A stretch of 64,000 nucleotides of DNA from Robiginitomaculum sp. (GTDB lineage Bacteria > Pseudomonadota > Alphaproteobacteria > Caulobacterales > Maricaulaceae), in NCBI GenBank assembly GCA_030949705.1, contig JAUZSF010000026.1, forward strand, positions 53,210-117,209, given 5' to 3'. This document shows, piece by piece, positions 10,335 through 20,378 of this stretch. The notes below the pieces were generated by a model. That model ran no database searches, was not told the DNA's origin, and was given only the letters and a program-made list of their open reading frames with translations. Made by a program: the position numbers and the translations under genes. Positions within the stretch are counted from its first letter, which is position 1. Each line of letters opens with the position of its first letter.

Positions 10335-11872
10335 AACTGTTTAAAAATTCCCTTGTGGTTGGTGGCTTTACCCTGATCAGCCGATTGCTGGGTTTTGTGC
10401 GCGAAATGCTGATGGCCAATGTGTTTGGGGCCGGCCCCATGGCCAATGCCTTTGTGGTGGCGTTTCGCTTTCCCAATCTGTTCCGTCGCTGGTTTGCCGA
10501 AGGGGCGTTCAACTCGGCCTTTGTGCCGCTGTATGCCGGCAAGCTGGAAGCCGATGGGCAGGACGCCGCCGACCAGTTTGCCCGCGAAGCCTTGTCGGTT
10601 CTTTTGACCTCCTTGTTGATCCTGATGCTGGTCAGCGAGCTGGCCATGCCCTGGATCATGCGCGTTCTGGCCCCGGGGTTTTTACAGGAACCCGGCCTCT
10701 TTGCCAAAACCGTGCTCTTTGCCCAGATCACCATGCCCTACATTTTGTTTATGTCGCTGACCGCCATGCTGAGCGGGATTTTGAACGCGCATTTACGCTT
10801 TGCCGCCGCCGCCTCGGCCCCCATCATTCTGAACATCGTGCTGGTCTCCATCCTGCTGAGCAGTCCGGCCGAGCCAGCAATGGCTGCCCTGTATCTTAGC
10901 ATCGGGGTCGGCGTATCGGGGCTGTTGCAGGTGTTGGTGGTGGTGCTGGCCTGTCGTCATATCGGCATCAAACTGGCGCTGGTGCGCCCGCGCCTGACCC
11001 CCGGCGTGCGCCGTCTGATCGCCCTGGGGGTGCCCGGCGCCATTGCCGCCGGGGTGGTGCAGATCAATCTGGTGGTGGGGCAGGTTTTTGCCAGTTTTCA
11101 GGAAGGGGCCGTAGCCTGGCTGTATTATGCCGACCGGCTTTATCAATTGCCATTGGGGGTGGTCGGCATCGCCATGGGGGTGGCATTATTGCCCGGCCTG
11201 TCGCGCCAGGTGCGCGGCGGCGATGAAAAGGGGGCCGCCGATACTTTGAACGAAGCGCTGGTGCTTTCCGCCGCCTTGACCCTGCCGGCGGCCATCGCGC
11301 TGGGGGTATTGCCGGTTTATTTTATCGAAGGGGTGTTTTTACACGGGGCCTTCACCGGCCAGGATGCCATGGCCACCGGCCATGCCCTGATGGCCTATGC
11401 GTTCGGCCTGCCATCCTTTATCATGATCAAGGTCTTTGCCCCGGGGTATTTTGCCCGCGAAGATACCAAAACCCCCATGCAATTTGCCGCCCTTTCCATG
11501 CTGGTTAATGTCTCACTGGGGGCGGTCCTGTTTTTCTCCATCGGCTTTGTTGGTCTGGCCATCGCCACCAGTGTTGCCGGCTGGGTGAACGCCCTGGCAC
11601 TGGGCATCGGACTGTGGCGCCATGGACGCTTTGCGCCGGACCGGGCGCTGGTATCGCGCCTGTTACGCCTGTTATTGGCCGCCATGGTAATGGGGATCGC
11701 CCTGGTCATGCTGGCAGAGCCTTTGCGCACCGCCTTAAACACCATGCCGTTTTATCGTCTGTTGAGTGCCGTATCAGTGGCCGTGAGCGGGGTGCTGGTC
11801 TTTGCCTTGGCGGCGCTCATGACCCGGGCGGTCCGCCTGCACGAGATCAAATCATTGCTGCGCCGTTCTTGA
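10331..11872 (+). CDS. murJ: Lipid II flippase MurJ (MviN)
   Basis: 513-aa polytopic ORF. The N-terminus GGFTLISRLLGFVREMLMANVFGAGPMANAFVVAFRFPNLFRRWFAEGAFNSAFVP is the MurJ signature. ATGA overlap with glnD. Confidence 0.92.
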   Translation: MKLFKNSLVVGGFTLISRLLGFVREMLMANVFGAGPMANAFVVAFRFPNLFRRWFAEGAFNSAFVPLYAGKLEADGQDAADQFAREALSVLLTSLLILMLVSELAMPWIMRVLAPGFLQEPGLFAKTVLFAQITMPYILFMSLTAMLSGILNAHLRFAAAASAPIILNIVLVSILLSSPAEPAMAALYLSIGVGVSGLLQVLVVVLACRHIGIKLALVRPRLTPGVRRLIALGVPGAIAAGVVQINLVVGQVFASFQEGAVAWLYYADRLYQLPLGVVGIAMGVALLPGLSRQVRGGDEKGAADTLNEALVLSAALTLPAAIALGVLPVYFIEGVFLHGAFTGQDAMATGHALMAYAFGLPSFIMIKVFAPGYFAREDTKTPMQFAALSMLVNVSLGAVLFFSIGFVGLAIATSVAGWVNALALGIGLWRHGRFAPDRALVSRLLRLLLAAMVMGIALVMLAEPLRTALNTMPFYRLLSAVSVAVSGVLVFALAALMTRAVRLHEIKSLLRRS

Positions 11873-11925
11873 CCTGACCCAAGACCTTGGTTACGCCGCA
11901 TTAAACTTAAAGAAAAGCGGACACC

Positions 11926-12959
11926 ATGAGCACACCATCAACACCTTATCGCGGCCCGGAACGGGTTTTTTTCCGGCGTACAGCCCACCGGGGCGCTGCA
12001 CCTTGGCAATTATCTGGGCGCCCTGAAAAAATTTGTCGCGCTGCAGGACACCCATGACTGTGTGTTTTGCGTGGTGGATTTACACGCCATCACCGTGCCG
12101 CAAGACCCCAAGACACTGGCCGACAATACCCGCAAAATCACTGCTGCCTTTCTCGCCGCCGGGCTGGACCCTAAAAAGGCGGTGATCTTTGTGCAAAGCG
12201 CCGTGCGCGCCCATAGCGAGCTGGCCTGGATTTTCAATTGTTCGGCGCGCATGGGATGGCTGGAACGCATGACCCAGTTCAAGGACAAGGCCGGCAAGGA
12301 CAAGGAACGTGCCTCGGTGGGTCTGTTTGCCTATCCGGTGCTGCAGGCGGCCGACATTCTGGCGTACAAGGCCACTCATGTACCCGTGGGCGAGGATCAG
12401 AAACAACATTTGGAGCTATCGCGCGATATTGCCGAACGCTTTAACCGCGATTATGACGCACCGGGGTTTTTCCCGCTACCGGAACCGCTGATCAAGGGAC
12501 CCGGCGCCCGGATCATGAGTTTGAAAGACGGCACCAAGAAAATGTCCAAATCCGATCCATCGGATCTGTCGCGCATTAATCTGGAAGATGATGCAGACAC
12601 CATTGCCCGCAAGATCAAAAAAGGCCCGCACCGACCCGGACCCGCTGCCCGAAAGTGTGGAGGGCCTGAAAGGTCGCGATGGGGCCGCCAATCTGGTGGG
12701 TATTTATGCGGCCCTTGCCGGGATCAGCGATCAGGCCGTGCTGGACGAGTATGCCGGTCAGGGCTTTGGGGCCTTCAAACCCGCCCTGGCCGAGCTGGCC
12801 GTGCAGTCCATCACCCCCATCGGGCAGGAGCTGGCCCGGGTGAATGCTGATCCGGTACAGATTGACCTTGTGTTAAAAGATGGGGCCGAACGCGCCAGCG
12901 CCATCGCCGAACCGATTATGGAAGAGGTGCGCCGCATTATCGGCTTTTGGGGTGCCTAG
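11926..12959 (+). pseudogene. trpS: Tryptophan--tRNA ligase, split into three frames by two homopolymer indels as assembled (probably intact in vivo)
   Basis: ATG 11926 ([15 protein letters not shown]), then a frame change in the T7 run 11966-11972. ORF 12062..12850 carries HLGNYLGA upstream in frame, plus [13 protein letters not shown] and KMSKS. There is a second frame change in the A6 run 12617-12622. ORF 12588..12959 supplies the C-terminus. Confidence 0.85.
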
Positions 12960-12968
12960 GAGAAAAAT

Positions 12969-13847
12969 ATGAGCCTTTCAGGAAAAACAGTATTTATCAC
13001 CGGGGCCAGTCGGGGCATCGGCCTGGCCATTGCCAAGCGCTGTGCCCAGGAGGGGGCCAATATTGTCATTGCCGCCAAATCGGCCGAGCCGCACCCCAGC
13101 CTGCCGGGCACCATTTATACCGCTGCCGACGAGGTCCGCGCCGCCGGGGGCGAGGCCTTGCCATTGGTGTGCGATATCCGTTTTGAGGATCAGGTCGAAA
13201 ACGCGGTGGCACGCGCCGTCAGCACCTTTGGCGGCATTGATATTCTGGTCAATAACGCCTCGGCGATTTTTCCGCGCGGGGTATTGGATACGCCGATGAA
13301 GCGCTTTGATCTGATGCATCAGGTGAATATGCGCGGCACCTATCTGACCACACAGAAATGCCTGCCGCATTTGATGAAGGCGCAAAACCCCCATGTGCTG
13401 ATGCTCTCGCCGCCCCTGGACATGCAGGAAAAATGGTTTGCCCCACACACCGCCTATACCATGGCCAAGTTTGGCATGAGCCTTTGCGTGCTGGGCATGG
13501 CGGGTGAGTTTCGGGAAGAAGGCGTGGCCTTTAATGCCCTGTGGCCACGCACTGCCATTGCCACGGCGGCCATTGCCAATATTCTGGCCGGGGAAGAAGG
13601 TATGAAAATGTGCCGCACACCAGAAATTCTGGCCGATGCAGCCTATCTGGTCTTTACGCAAAATGCCCCCGCGTTTTCCGGTAATTTCCTGATCGATGAT
13701 ACCTTCCTGTACGAACACGGCGTTACCGATTTCACCCCCTATCTGGTGGACCCGGCACAACCCTTATTACCAGATTTCTTTGTCCCCGAAGAAGGCTATC
13801 CCGCGCCCCCCGGCGTGAAAGTACTGGATGTGCAATTAGGTCAATGA
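12969..13847 (+). CDS. Short-chain dehydrogenase/reductase (SDR) family oxidoreductase
   Basis: GKTVFITGASRGIGLAIA glycine-rich NAD(P) motif, NNAS, and a YTMAKFG catalytic Y-x3-K. Confidence 0.85.
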   Translation: MSLSGKTVFITGASRGIGLAIAKRCAQEGANIVIAAKSAEPHPSLPGTIYTAADEVRAAGGEALPLVCDIRFEDQVENAVARAVSTFGGIDILVNNASAIFPRGVLDTPMKRFDLMHQVNMRGTYLTTQKCLPHLMKAQNPHVLMLSPPLDMQEKWFAPHTAYTMAKFGMSLCVLGMAGEFREEGVAFNALWPRTAIATAAIANILAGEEGMKMCRTPEILADAAYLVFTQNAPAFSGNFLIDDTFLYEHGVTDFTPYLVDPAQPLLPDFFVPEEGYPAPPGVKVLDVQLGQ

Positions 13848-14771
13848 AGACCGCCCTGTTCAGCCATTCTGATTGCCTGAAGCACGTGGAAATCCCCGGC
13901 CATGCGGAACAGCGCGCGCGCTTAAACGCCGTGCTGGATGCCCTGCACGCCGCGGATTTGAACCTTGTGGAGCACGAGGCACCTCTGGCCAAACGTGAAG
14001 ACCTGTTACGGGTACACGATGCGGATTATGTGGATCAGATCCTTGATAACGCCCCCCCTGGAGGGCTGGAAACAACTGGACCCTGATACGGCGCAAAGCC
14101 CGGGTTCGGCCGAGGCCGCCTTGCGCGCCGCCGGGGCGGTAATCGCCGCCATAGACGGGGTTATGGCGGGTGAATATACCCGCGCCTTTTGCGCCGTTCG
14201 CCCGCCAGGTCACCATGCACGCCCAGGTTCCGCCATGGGGTTTTGCCTGTTTAACAGTATTGCCATCGCCGCCAAATATGCCCGCGATGTGCATGGCTTT
14301 GCCCGCGTGGCGGTGATTGATTTTGATGTGCATCACGGCAATGGCACCCAGGAAATGTTTTGGGACGAAACAGGCTTGTTATATGCCTCCCTGCACCAGG
14401 AAGACTTTTACCCCGGCACCGGCAAAGCGGATGAATGCGGCAAGCGGGGCCGCATTATCAATGCCCCCTTGCCCGCCGGAACGGATGGCACCTCTTGGCG
14501 ACAGGCTTATGAAGACCATATCCATCCGGGCTTGCAGGACTTTGCACCGAACCTGATCCTGCTCTCGGCCGGTTTTGATGCCCACCGGGATGACCCCTTG
14601 GCCCAGTTCAACCTGGACAGTACAGATTTTGTCTGGATTACTGACAAGTTGGTTGCACTGGCGAAGGAAACTGCAAACGGGCGGGTTGTATCCGTGCTTG
14701 AGGGCGGTTACGACTTGGCAGCGTTGGGCCGGTGCAGCGCAGCGCATGTAAAAGCGCTGGGTAAGGCATGA
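13844..14771 (+). pseudogene. Histone deacetylase-family (acetoin utilisation / acetylpolyamine amidohydrolase-like) protein, one frameshift as assembled
   Basis: ORF 13844..14086 (SHSDCLKHVEIPGHAEQRARL...RVHDADYVDQI) continues in ORF 13965..14771 (RPPGHHA, VIDFDVHHGNGTQ, EGGY). The frame changes in the C7 run 14052-14058. Confidence 0.8.
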
Positions 14772-14814
14772 GGGGTTTACCGCGTCGGGCAGTAGAGCAC
14801 CCCAGGGAAACAGC

Positions 14815-15444
14815 ATGACACAATCATCAGGTGCCAACGCACATGCATCACCGACTTCGCAGAGGCGAAGCGGCTCCATTGTGCTGGCCCGTCATGGCCG
14901 TCCCGACACCGACAAATCCCATTGGGTCGATTCAAAGGGATATTACAAATGGTGGTGCGGCTATGATGAAAGCGGCCTGGACCTTAGCTCACCGCCACCG
15001 CAAAACCTGTTGGAGGTTGCCAAGAACGCCCAGCATATTTTTGCCAGTGATTTGCGCCGCTCACAGGAAACCGCCGCCGCAGTTGCAAATGGCAAGCCGG
15101 TTGAATACGACCCAGTCTTTACCGAGGCCCCTTTGCCGCCACCGCCATTTCCGTCCTTCATTCGCATGCGGCCACCACATTGGGACATCTGGTCACGCAG
15201 CCTGTGGTGGCTGGGCTATACCGGTGGATTTGAAAGCCGTGCAAGTGCCGAAATCCGCGCCTTTGCCGCCGTGGACAAGATTGATCCGCTGGCCCGCGCC
15301 GGTGACAATGTTCTGGTATGTGCCCATGGATGGTTCAACCGCATGATGCGGCCCGCCCTGGTGGCCAATGGCTGGAATTGCGTATATGACGGGCGGGATG
15401 ATTATTGGTCATTTCGGCGTTATGAACGCGCCGACGGTCATTGA
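14815..15444 (+). CDS. Histidine phosphatase (phosphoglycerate-mutase-like) family protein
   Basis: IVLARHGRPD (RHG motif), LRRSQETA, and VLVCAHGWFNRMM (second catalytic His). Confidence 0.65.
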   Translation: MTQSSGANAHASPTSQRRSGSIVLARHGRPDTDKSHWVDSKGYYKWWCGYDESGLDLSSPPPQNLLEVAKNAQHIFASDLRRSQETAAAVANGKPVEYDPVFTEAPLPPPPFPSFIRMRPPHWDIWSRSLWWLGYTGGFESRASAEIRAFAAVDKIDPLARAGDNVLVCAHGWFNRMMRPALVANGWNCVYDGRDDYWSFRRYERADGH

Positions 15445-15457
15445 TTACGGAGCCATC

Positions 15458-15700
15458 ATGACATCAGCGCAAAAAATTGAAGACCTGAACTTCGAAACCG
15501 CCCTGGAAGAGTTGGAAAAAATTGTTCAGAAACTGGAAAGTGGCGAGGTGGAACTGGAACAATCCATCGCCATGTATGAGCGGGGCGCGGCATTGAAGGC
15601 CCATTGCGAGGGCAAGTTGAAAGCCGCCAAGCTGAAAATTGAAAAAATCGTACTGGATGCCGATGGTACGGCCAGTACTGAACCGGCCAAGATCGACTAA
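15458..15700 (+). CDS. xseB: Exodeoxyribonuclease VII small subunit
   Basis: [50 protein letters not shown] is a typical XseB sequence. Start at ATG 15458 inside ORF 15368..15700. Followed by ispA and dxs, as in the classic xseB-ispA-dxs operon. Confidence 0.9.
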   Translation: MTSAQKIEDLNFETALEELEKIVQKLESGEVELEQSIAMYERGAALKAHCEGKLKAAKLKIEKIVLDADGTASTEPAKID

Positions 15701-15701
15701 A

Positions 15702-16598
15702 ATGGAAACCCAGGACACTTTCAACGATCGACTGGAAAACATTGCCGACAAGGTCACCGTAGCCCTGGATGCATTGATCCCGCCCGTTGCCGGACCGGAA
15801 GGCCAGTTATTGTCCGCCATGCGCTATGCGGCGCTGGGCAATGGCAAGCGGATCCGACCTTTCTTTGTGCTCGAATGCGGGCGTCTTTTTGACATTAACG
15901 AGCGCTCATTGCTGCGGGTTGCCTCGGCGGTGGAATGCATTCACGCCTATTCGCTGATCCATGATGATCTGCCGTGTATGGATGATGATGATTTGCGACG
16001 CGGGCGCCCCAGCGTACACAAGGCCTATGACGAGGGTATAGCGGTGCTGGCCGGTGACGCCCTGCAATCCCTGGCCTTTGAAATCATCAGTGATGAGGCC
16101 ACCCATACCGGCCCCAAAGTGCGCGCCGAGCTGATCCATAAACTGGCGGTGGCGTCGGGGGCGCGCGGCATGGCCGGCGGCCAGGCCATTGATGTATCGG
16201 TCAAAAATAACGCCCTGGAAATGCCCTTGATTGCGCGCATGCAACGGATGAAAACCGGGGCCCTGTTTCAGTTTTCCGCCGAAGCCGGGGCCATTATGGC
16301 CCAGGCCAGTTCCGATGCCTTTGCCGCGCTCAGTGGCTTTGCCCACGATCTGGGACTGGCCTATCAGATTGCCGATGATCTGCTGGACGCTGAAGGCAAG
16401 ACCAGTGAAACCGGCAAAGCGGTGGGTAAGGATGCAGAGAAGGGCAAAGCCAGTTTTGTGCTGGCTTTGGGGCCCGAACAGGCCCGGGCCCGGGCCCGGA
16501 TGCTGGCCGGTCAGGCCAAGGCCCATTTGGAATTTTTTGGGCAAAATGCCTCAATTTTGCGCCAATCCGTTGATTTTGTGATAGAACGGACCGGATAG
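15702..16598 (+). CDS. ispA: Farnesyl diphosphate synthase (polyprenyl synthetase family)
   Basis: First DDxxD motif in [17 protein letters not shown] and second in IADDLLD. Start at ATG 15702, 1 nt after the xseB stop. Confidence 0.88.
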   Translation: METQDTFNDRLENIADKVTVALDALIPPVAGPEGQLLSAMRYAALGNGKRIRPFFVLECGRLFDINERSLLRVASAVECIHAYSLIHDDLPCMDDDDLRRGRPSVHKAYDEGIAVLAGDALQSLAFEIISDEATHTGPKVRAELIHKLAVASGARGMAGGQAIDVSVKNNALEMPLIARMQRMKTGALFQFSAEAGAIMAQASSDAFAALSGFAHDLGLAYQIADDLLDAEGKTSETGKAVGKDAEKGKASFVLALGPEQARARARMLAGQAKAHLEFFGQNASILRQSVDFVIERTG

Positions 16599-16609
16599 AG
16601 CACGTTTAT

Positions 16610-18534
16610 ATGACAATACCACCTTCCATACTGGACCGGGTCAACATACCCGCCGACACCAAGGACTTTAATATTGGCGAATTGCGCGAACTGGCCGACG
16701 CGGTGCGCGCCGAAGTCGTGGACGCAGTTTCGGTCACCGGCGGCCATTTGGGGGCCGGTCTGGGCGTGGTCGAACTGACCGTGGCCCTGCACCATGTCTT
16801 TGACACCCCCAAAGACAAACTGATCTGGGATGTGGGTCATCAATGTTATCCTCATAAAATCCTGACCGGACGCCGGGACCGTATCCGCACCTTGCGTCAA
16901 GGCGGTGGGCTGGCGGGCTTTACCAAACGTGCCGAAAGCGAATACGACCCCTTTGGGGCCGCCCATGCGGCCACCTCTATCTCCGCCGGGCTGGGCATGG
17001 CCGTGGCCCGGGATCTGAAGGGCGATGACAATCATGTCATCTGCGTCATTGGCGATGGCTCGATGAGTGCCGGTATGGCCTATGAAGCCATGAATAATGC
17101 CGGGGCCATGGACAAGCGCCTGATCGTCATTCTGAACGATAATGACATGTCCATTGCACCGCCGGTGGGGGCCTTAAGCGCCCATCTGGCGCGGCTGGTA
17201 TCGGGCGGGGCCTATACCACCATGCGCCGTCTGGCCAAGGATATGGTCAATCATTTGCCGCGCCCCCTCAAAGAGGCGGCCCGTAAAACCGAAGAATATG
17301 CCCGGGGCATGGCCGCCGGTGGCACACTGTTTGAGGAATTGGGTTTTTATTATGTCGGCCCGATTGATGGGCATAATCTGGACCATCTGGTGCCGATTTT
17401 GCAAAATGTGCGTGACCTGAAAGATGGCCCCGTGCTGATCCATGCGGTCACCCAAAAGGGCAAGGGCTATGCCCCGGCCGAGAACGCCGCCGACAAATAC
17501 CACGGGGTTTCGCGCTTTAATGTCATCACCGGTGAACAGCAAAAGGGCAAGGCCGGCCCACCCAGCTATACCAAGGTGTTTGCTCAATCCCTGATCAAGG
17601 AAGCCAAAAAAGACGATCGCATTGTCGCCGTCACCGCCGCCATGCCGGGGGGGGACCGGGCTGGACCTTTTTGGCGATGTCTTTCCCACCCGCACCTTTG
17701 ATGTGGGCATTGCCGAACAACACGCGGTGACCTTTGCTGCGGGGCTGGCTGCCGATGGGCTGAAGCCCTTTGCCGCCATTTATTCGACCTTTTTGCAACG
17801 CGGTTATGATCAGGTTGTCCATGATGTGGCCATTCAGGGGCTGCCGGTACGCTTTTGCGCTGGACCGTGCCGGTCTGGTGGGCGCTGATGGACCTACCCA
17901 TGCCGGGGCCTTTGATATTGGCTATCTGGGGGCCTTGCCGGGCATGGTGTTGATGGCCGCCGCCGATGAGAGCGAGCTGGCCCGCATGGTCGCCACCGCC
18001 GCCAGCATTGATGATGGCCCCAGCGCCTTTCGCTATCCGCGCGGCAATGGCATCGGCATTGAAATACCGCAAAACCCGGCAATTCTTCCCATCGGCAAGG
18101 GGCGGATTGTCCGCGAAGGCACAACCATTGCCATTTTGTCTTTAGGCGGACGTCTGATTGAAGCCCAAAAAGCCACCGACATGCTGGAGGCCCAGGGCCT
18201 TTCCACCACCCTGGTCGATGCCCGCTTTGCCAAACCACTGGATGAAGAGCTGATCTTGCAGCTGGCGCGAGACCACGAAGTACTGATCACCGTGGAAGAA
18301 GGCGCGCGCGGCGGCTTTGGGGCCTTTGTGCTGGAAATGCTGGCCACCAAGGGCGCGCTGGACAAGGGGCTTAAAATCCGCACCCTGACCTTGCCGGATA
18401 TTTTTATTGATCAGGACACCCCCGAACGCATGTATGCGACCGCGGGTCTGGATGCCGAACATATCGCCAACAGTGCTCTGAACGCTTTGGGACGTGATTC
18501 CATAACGGTCATGGGAGCTGGCAAGCTGGCCTGA
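16610..18534 (+). pseudogene. dxs: 1-deoxy-D-xylulose-5-phosphate synthase, split by two homopolymer indels as assembled (probably intact in vivo)
   Basis: ORF 16610..17701 ([33 protein letters not shown]), ORF 17622..17888 ([30 protein letters not shown]) and ORF 17770..18534 ([19 protein letters not shown]). The frame changes in the G8 run 17647-17654 and the T4 run 17853-17856. Confidence 0.9.
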
Positions 18535-18656
18535 ACACATCTGGGTCAGGCGTTATGAATTTGCCCCTGATCACGCTAAATTGTCGCAGGGGGGATGGAT
18601 TTTCATCCTTAACGCCCCTATGTACGGCCCTGAGCTGGAAACCGAGGAATGTCTTT

Positions 18657-19043
18657 TTGTCTTTACTGCCAAAAATAAAGCTATCCTTCGCGATTGTGGT
18701 GTTGGGCCTGATCGGGTTTTCCACCCCTCCTGCGGCGCTGGCCAAAACCGCCGATATACCGGCGATGACCAGTGCCCTGGCCCAGGATGCGGGCTGTATG
18801 CAACACACCAGCCATGCCAATACCGGCAGAAAACACGCTTGCTGTGATCAAAATGCTGATCAATCCTGCCCGGATGATATGGATTGTGATGGCATTTGTA
18901 ATGCCGTGTGCGCCAGTGCCGTATTTCTGACTGCGGCCCCCATGGCAAACCTTCATCAGAGCAAGGCCAGTGTGTATCAGCACAAATCCATACAGTTGTT
19001 TGCCTTTCAAACCACACTGAACGCCCCGCCTCCACGAAGCTGA
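18657..19043 (+). CDS. Small exported Cys/His-rich protein, CzcI-like (putative periplasmic metal-binding or regulatory partner of the cus operon)
   Basis: ORF 18555..19043. Tentative TTG start at 18657, 8 nt after GAGGA (18644-18648), gives the signal peptide MSLLPKIKLSFAIVVLGLIGFSTPPAALA. Followed by HACCDQNADQSCPDDMDCDGICNAVCASA and a C-terminal NAPPPRS. The start is uncertain. Confidence 0.45.
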   Translation: MSLLPKIKLSFAIVVLGLIGFSTPPAALAKTADIPAMTSALAQDAGCMQHTSHANTGRKHACCDQNADQSCPDDMDCDGICNAVCASAVFLTAAPMANLHQSKASVYQHKSIQLFAFQTTLNAPPPRS

Positions 19044-19127
19044 AATATTTATGATATCGCTCTGATAGAGCGTATTGGTACCTTGGTACCCGTCTGAAAA
19101 ATTTTCATTTTCGAGAAAGAGGCAAAC

Positions 19128-20378
19128 ATGACCTCCCTTTTTATCCGGTTTGTGCCGGCCACGATTGCCGCCCTGTGCCTGGCAATTCCCGCCGCCGCCC
19201 AAACACCCCTTAGCCTGGACGAAAGCGTCACCATTGCGTTACAGGCCAATGACCCCAGCGTGGCGCTTTATGAAGAACGCGCCAAGGCACTGGAAGAGCG
19301 CGCCATCGCCGACAGCCAATTACCGGACCCGGTATTTACTGCCCGCATGCAAAGCGTGCCCTTGTCCTCCTTCGATCTTAATCGCGAAGGCATGACCCAG
19401 CTGGCCCTGGGCGCACGACAGGCCTTTCCCAAGGGCAAGACCCGCTCGCTAACCCGCAAAAAGCGCTTAAGCGAAGCCCAGGCGGAACGGCGACGCAAAA
19501 TCCTGACCGAACGTCAGATTGCCCTGCAAACCCGCACTGCCTGGCTGGAGCTGTATTACTGGCAGGGGGCGCGCAAAATCACCGAACAGTCCCAGGCACA
19601 GATCTCTGATCTGGGCGGCATTGCCGAGGCGGTTTTTGCTACCGGACGCAGCGCCGCGCAAAATGTGCTGCGGATCGATCTGGAAACCTCTTTGTTGGGG
19701 GCCCGTCTCATTGAGATCGACCGCAAGGCCGATGTGGCCCGGGCCGACCTGATCCGCCTGATCGGGATCGCCAATGCGGCGCGACCTTTGCCCGAAGCCT
19801 TTCCCAAATTGCCGCCCTTTCCAGACACCAAAACCATGCAGGCCGGGCTGGTGCGCCATCCCAGCGTACAGGTCTTTGATGCCAAAATTGATGCCCGGGA
19901 TCGCGATGTTGATATTGCCGGCGAACAATACAAGCCCGGCTTTACCGTCGAGGGTGCCTACGGCATGCGCGACAGCCGGTCGGACTTTGGCTCCATCGGC
20001 GTGGCGCTCAGTGTACCGCTGTTTACCGCCAACCGCCAGGATCGCCGTTTAAACGCTGCCAAACGCCTGAAGGCCTCCACCCGCCTTGGCCGCGATGCCC
20101 AATTGCTGGAACTGAACCGGGAACTGGGCCGCCAATATGCCGAGTGGGCCCGCCTTGGCGAGCGCATCGCCCTTTATGAAACCGACGTGTTGAAGCGGGC
20201 CAAAGACACCGCCGAGGCCGCTCTGATCGGTTATGAAAATGAAACCGCGGATTTTGCCGAACTGGTACGCGCCGAGCTGGCTGTGCTGGATACCGAGCTG
20301 ACCTTGTTGCGCCTGCGCGTTGATCGCGAAAAGGCCCATGCCGCCCTTCTCTATCTGAATGGAGAGAATAATGACTAA
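19128..20378 (+). CDS. TolC-family outer-membrane efflux protein (CusC-like)
   Basis: Signal peptide, then two repeated coiled-coil/beta halves typical of OMF proteins. AAGAGG lies 5 nt upstream of the ATG. First gene of an OMF-MFP-RND triplet. Confidence 0.8.
   Translation: MTSLFIRFVPATIAALCLAIPAAAQTPLSLDESVTIALQANDPSVALYEERAKALEERAIADSQLPDPVFTARMQSVPLSSFDLNREGMTQLALGARQAFPKGKTRSLTRKKRLSEAQAERRRKILTERQIALQTRTAWLELYYWQGARKITEQSQAQISDLGGIAEAVFATGRSAAQNVLRIDLETSLLGARLIEIDRKADVARADLIRLIGIANAARPLPEAFPKLPPFPDTKTMQAGLVRHPSVQVFDAKIDARDRDVDIAGEQYKPGFTVEGAYGMRDSRSDFGSIGVALSVPLFTANRQDRRLNAAKRLKASTRLGRDAQLLELNRELGRQYAEWARLGERIALYETDVLKRAKDTAEAALIGYENETADFAELVRAELAVLDTELTLLRLRVDREKAHAALLYLNGENND

Noticed and set aside
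12978-13760. 260-aa minus-strand ORF opposite the SDR gene. Similar cases are 40564..41358, 43336..44163 and 54589..55398
   Set aside because: All are antisense to genes with clear family motifs. Their Gly/Arg/His/Gln-rich translations are characteristic of non-coding frames in high-GC DNA.
11926-18534. Programmed ribosomal frameshifting or genuine pseudogenisation as the explanation for the trpS and dxs disruptions
   Set aside because: There are two independent shifts per gene with no slippery-heptamer or stimulator structure. The genes are essential and show no other decay. The same homopolymer pattern occurs in five unrelated genes. Assembly error is far more likely.
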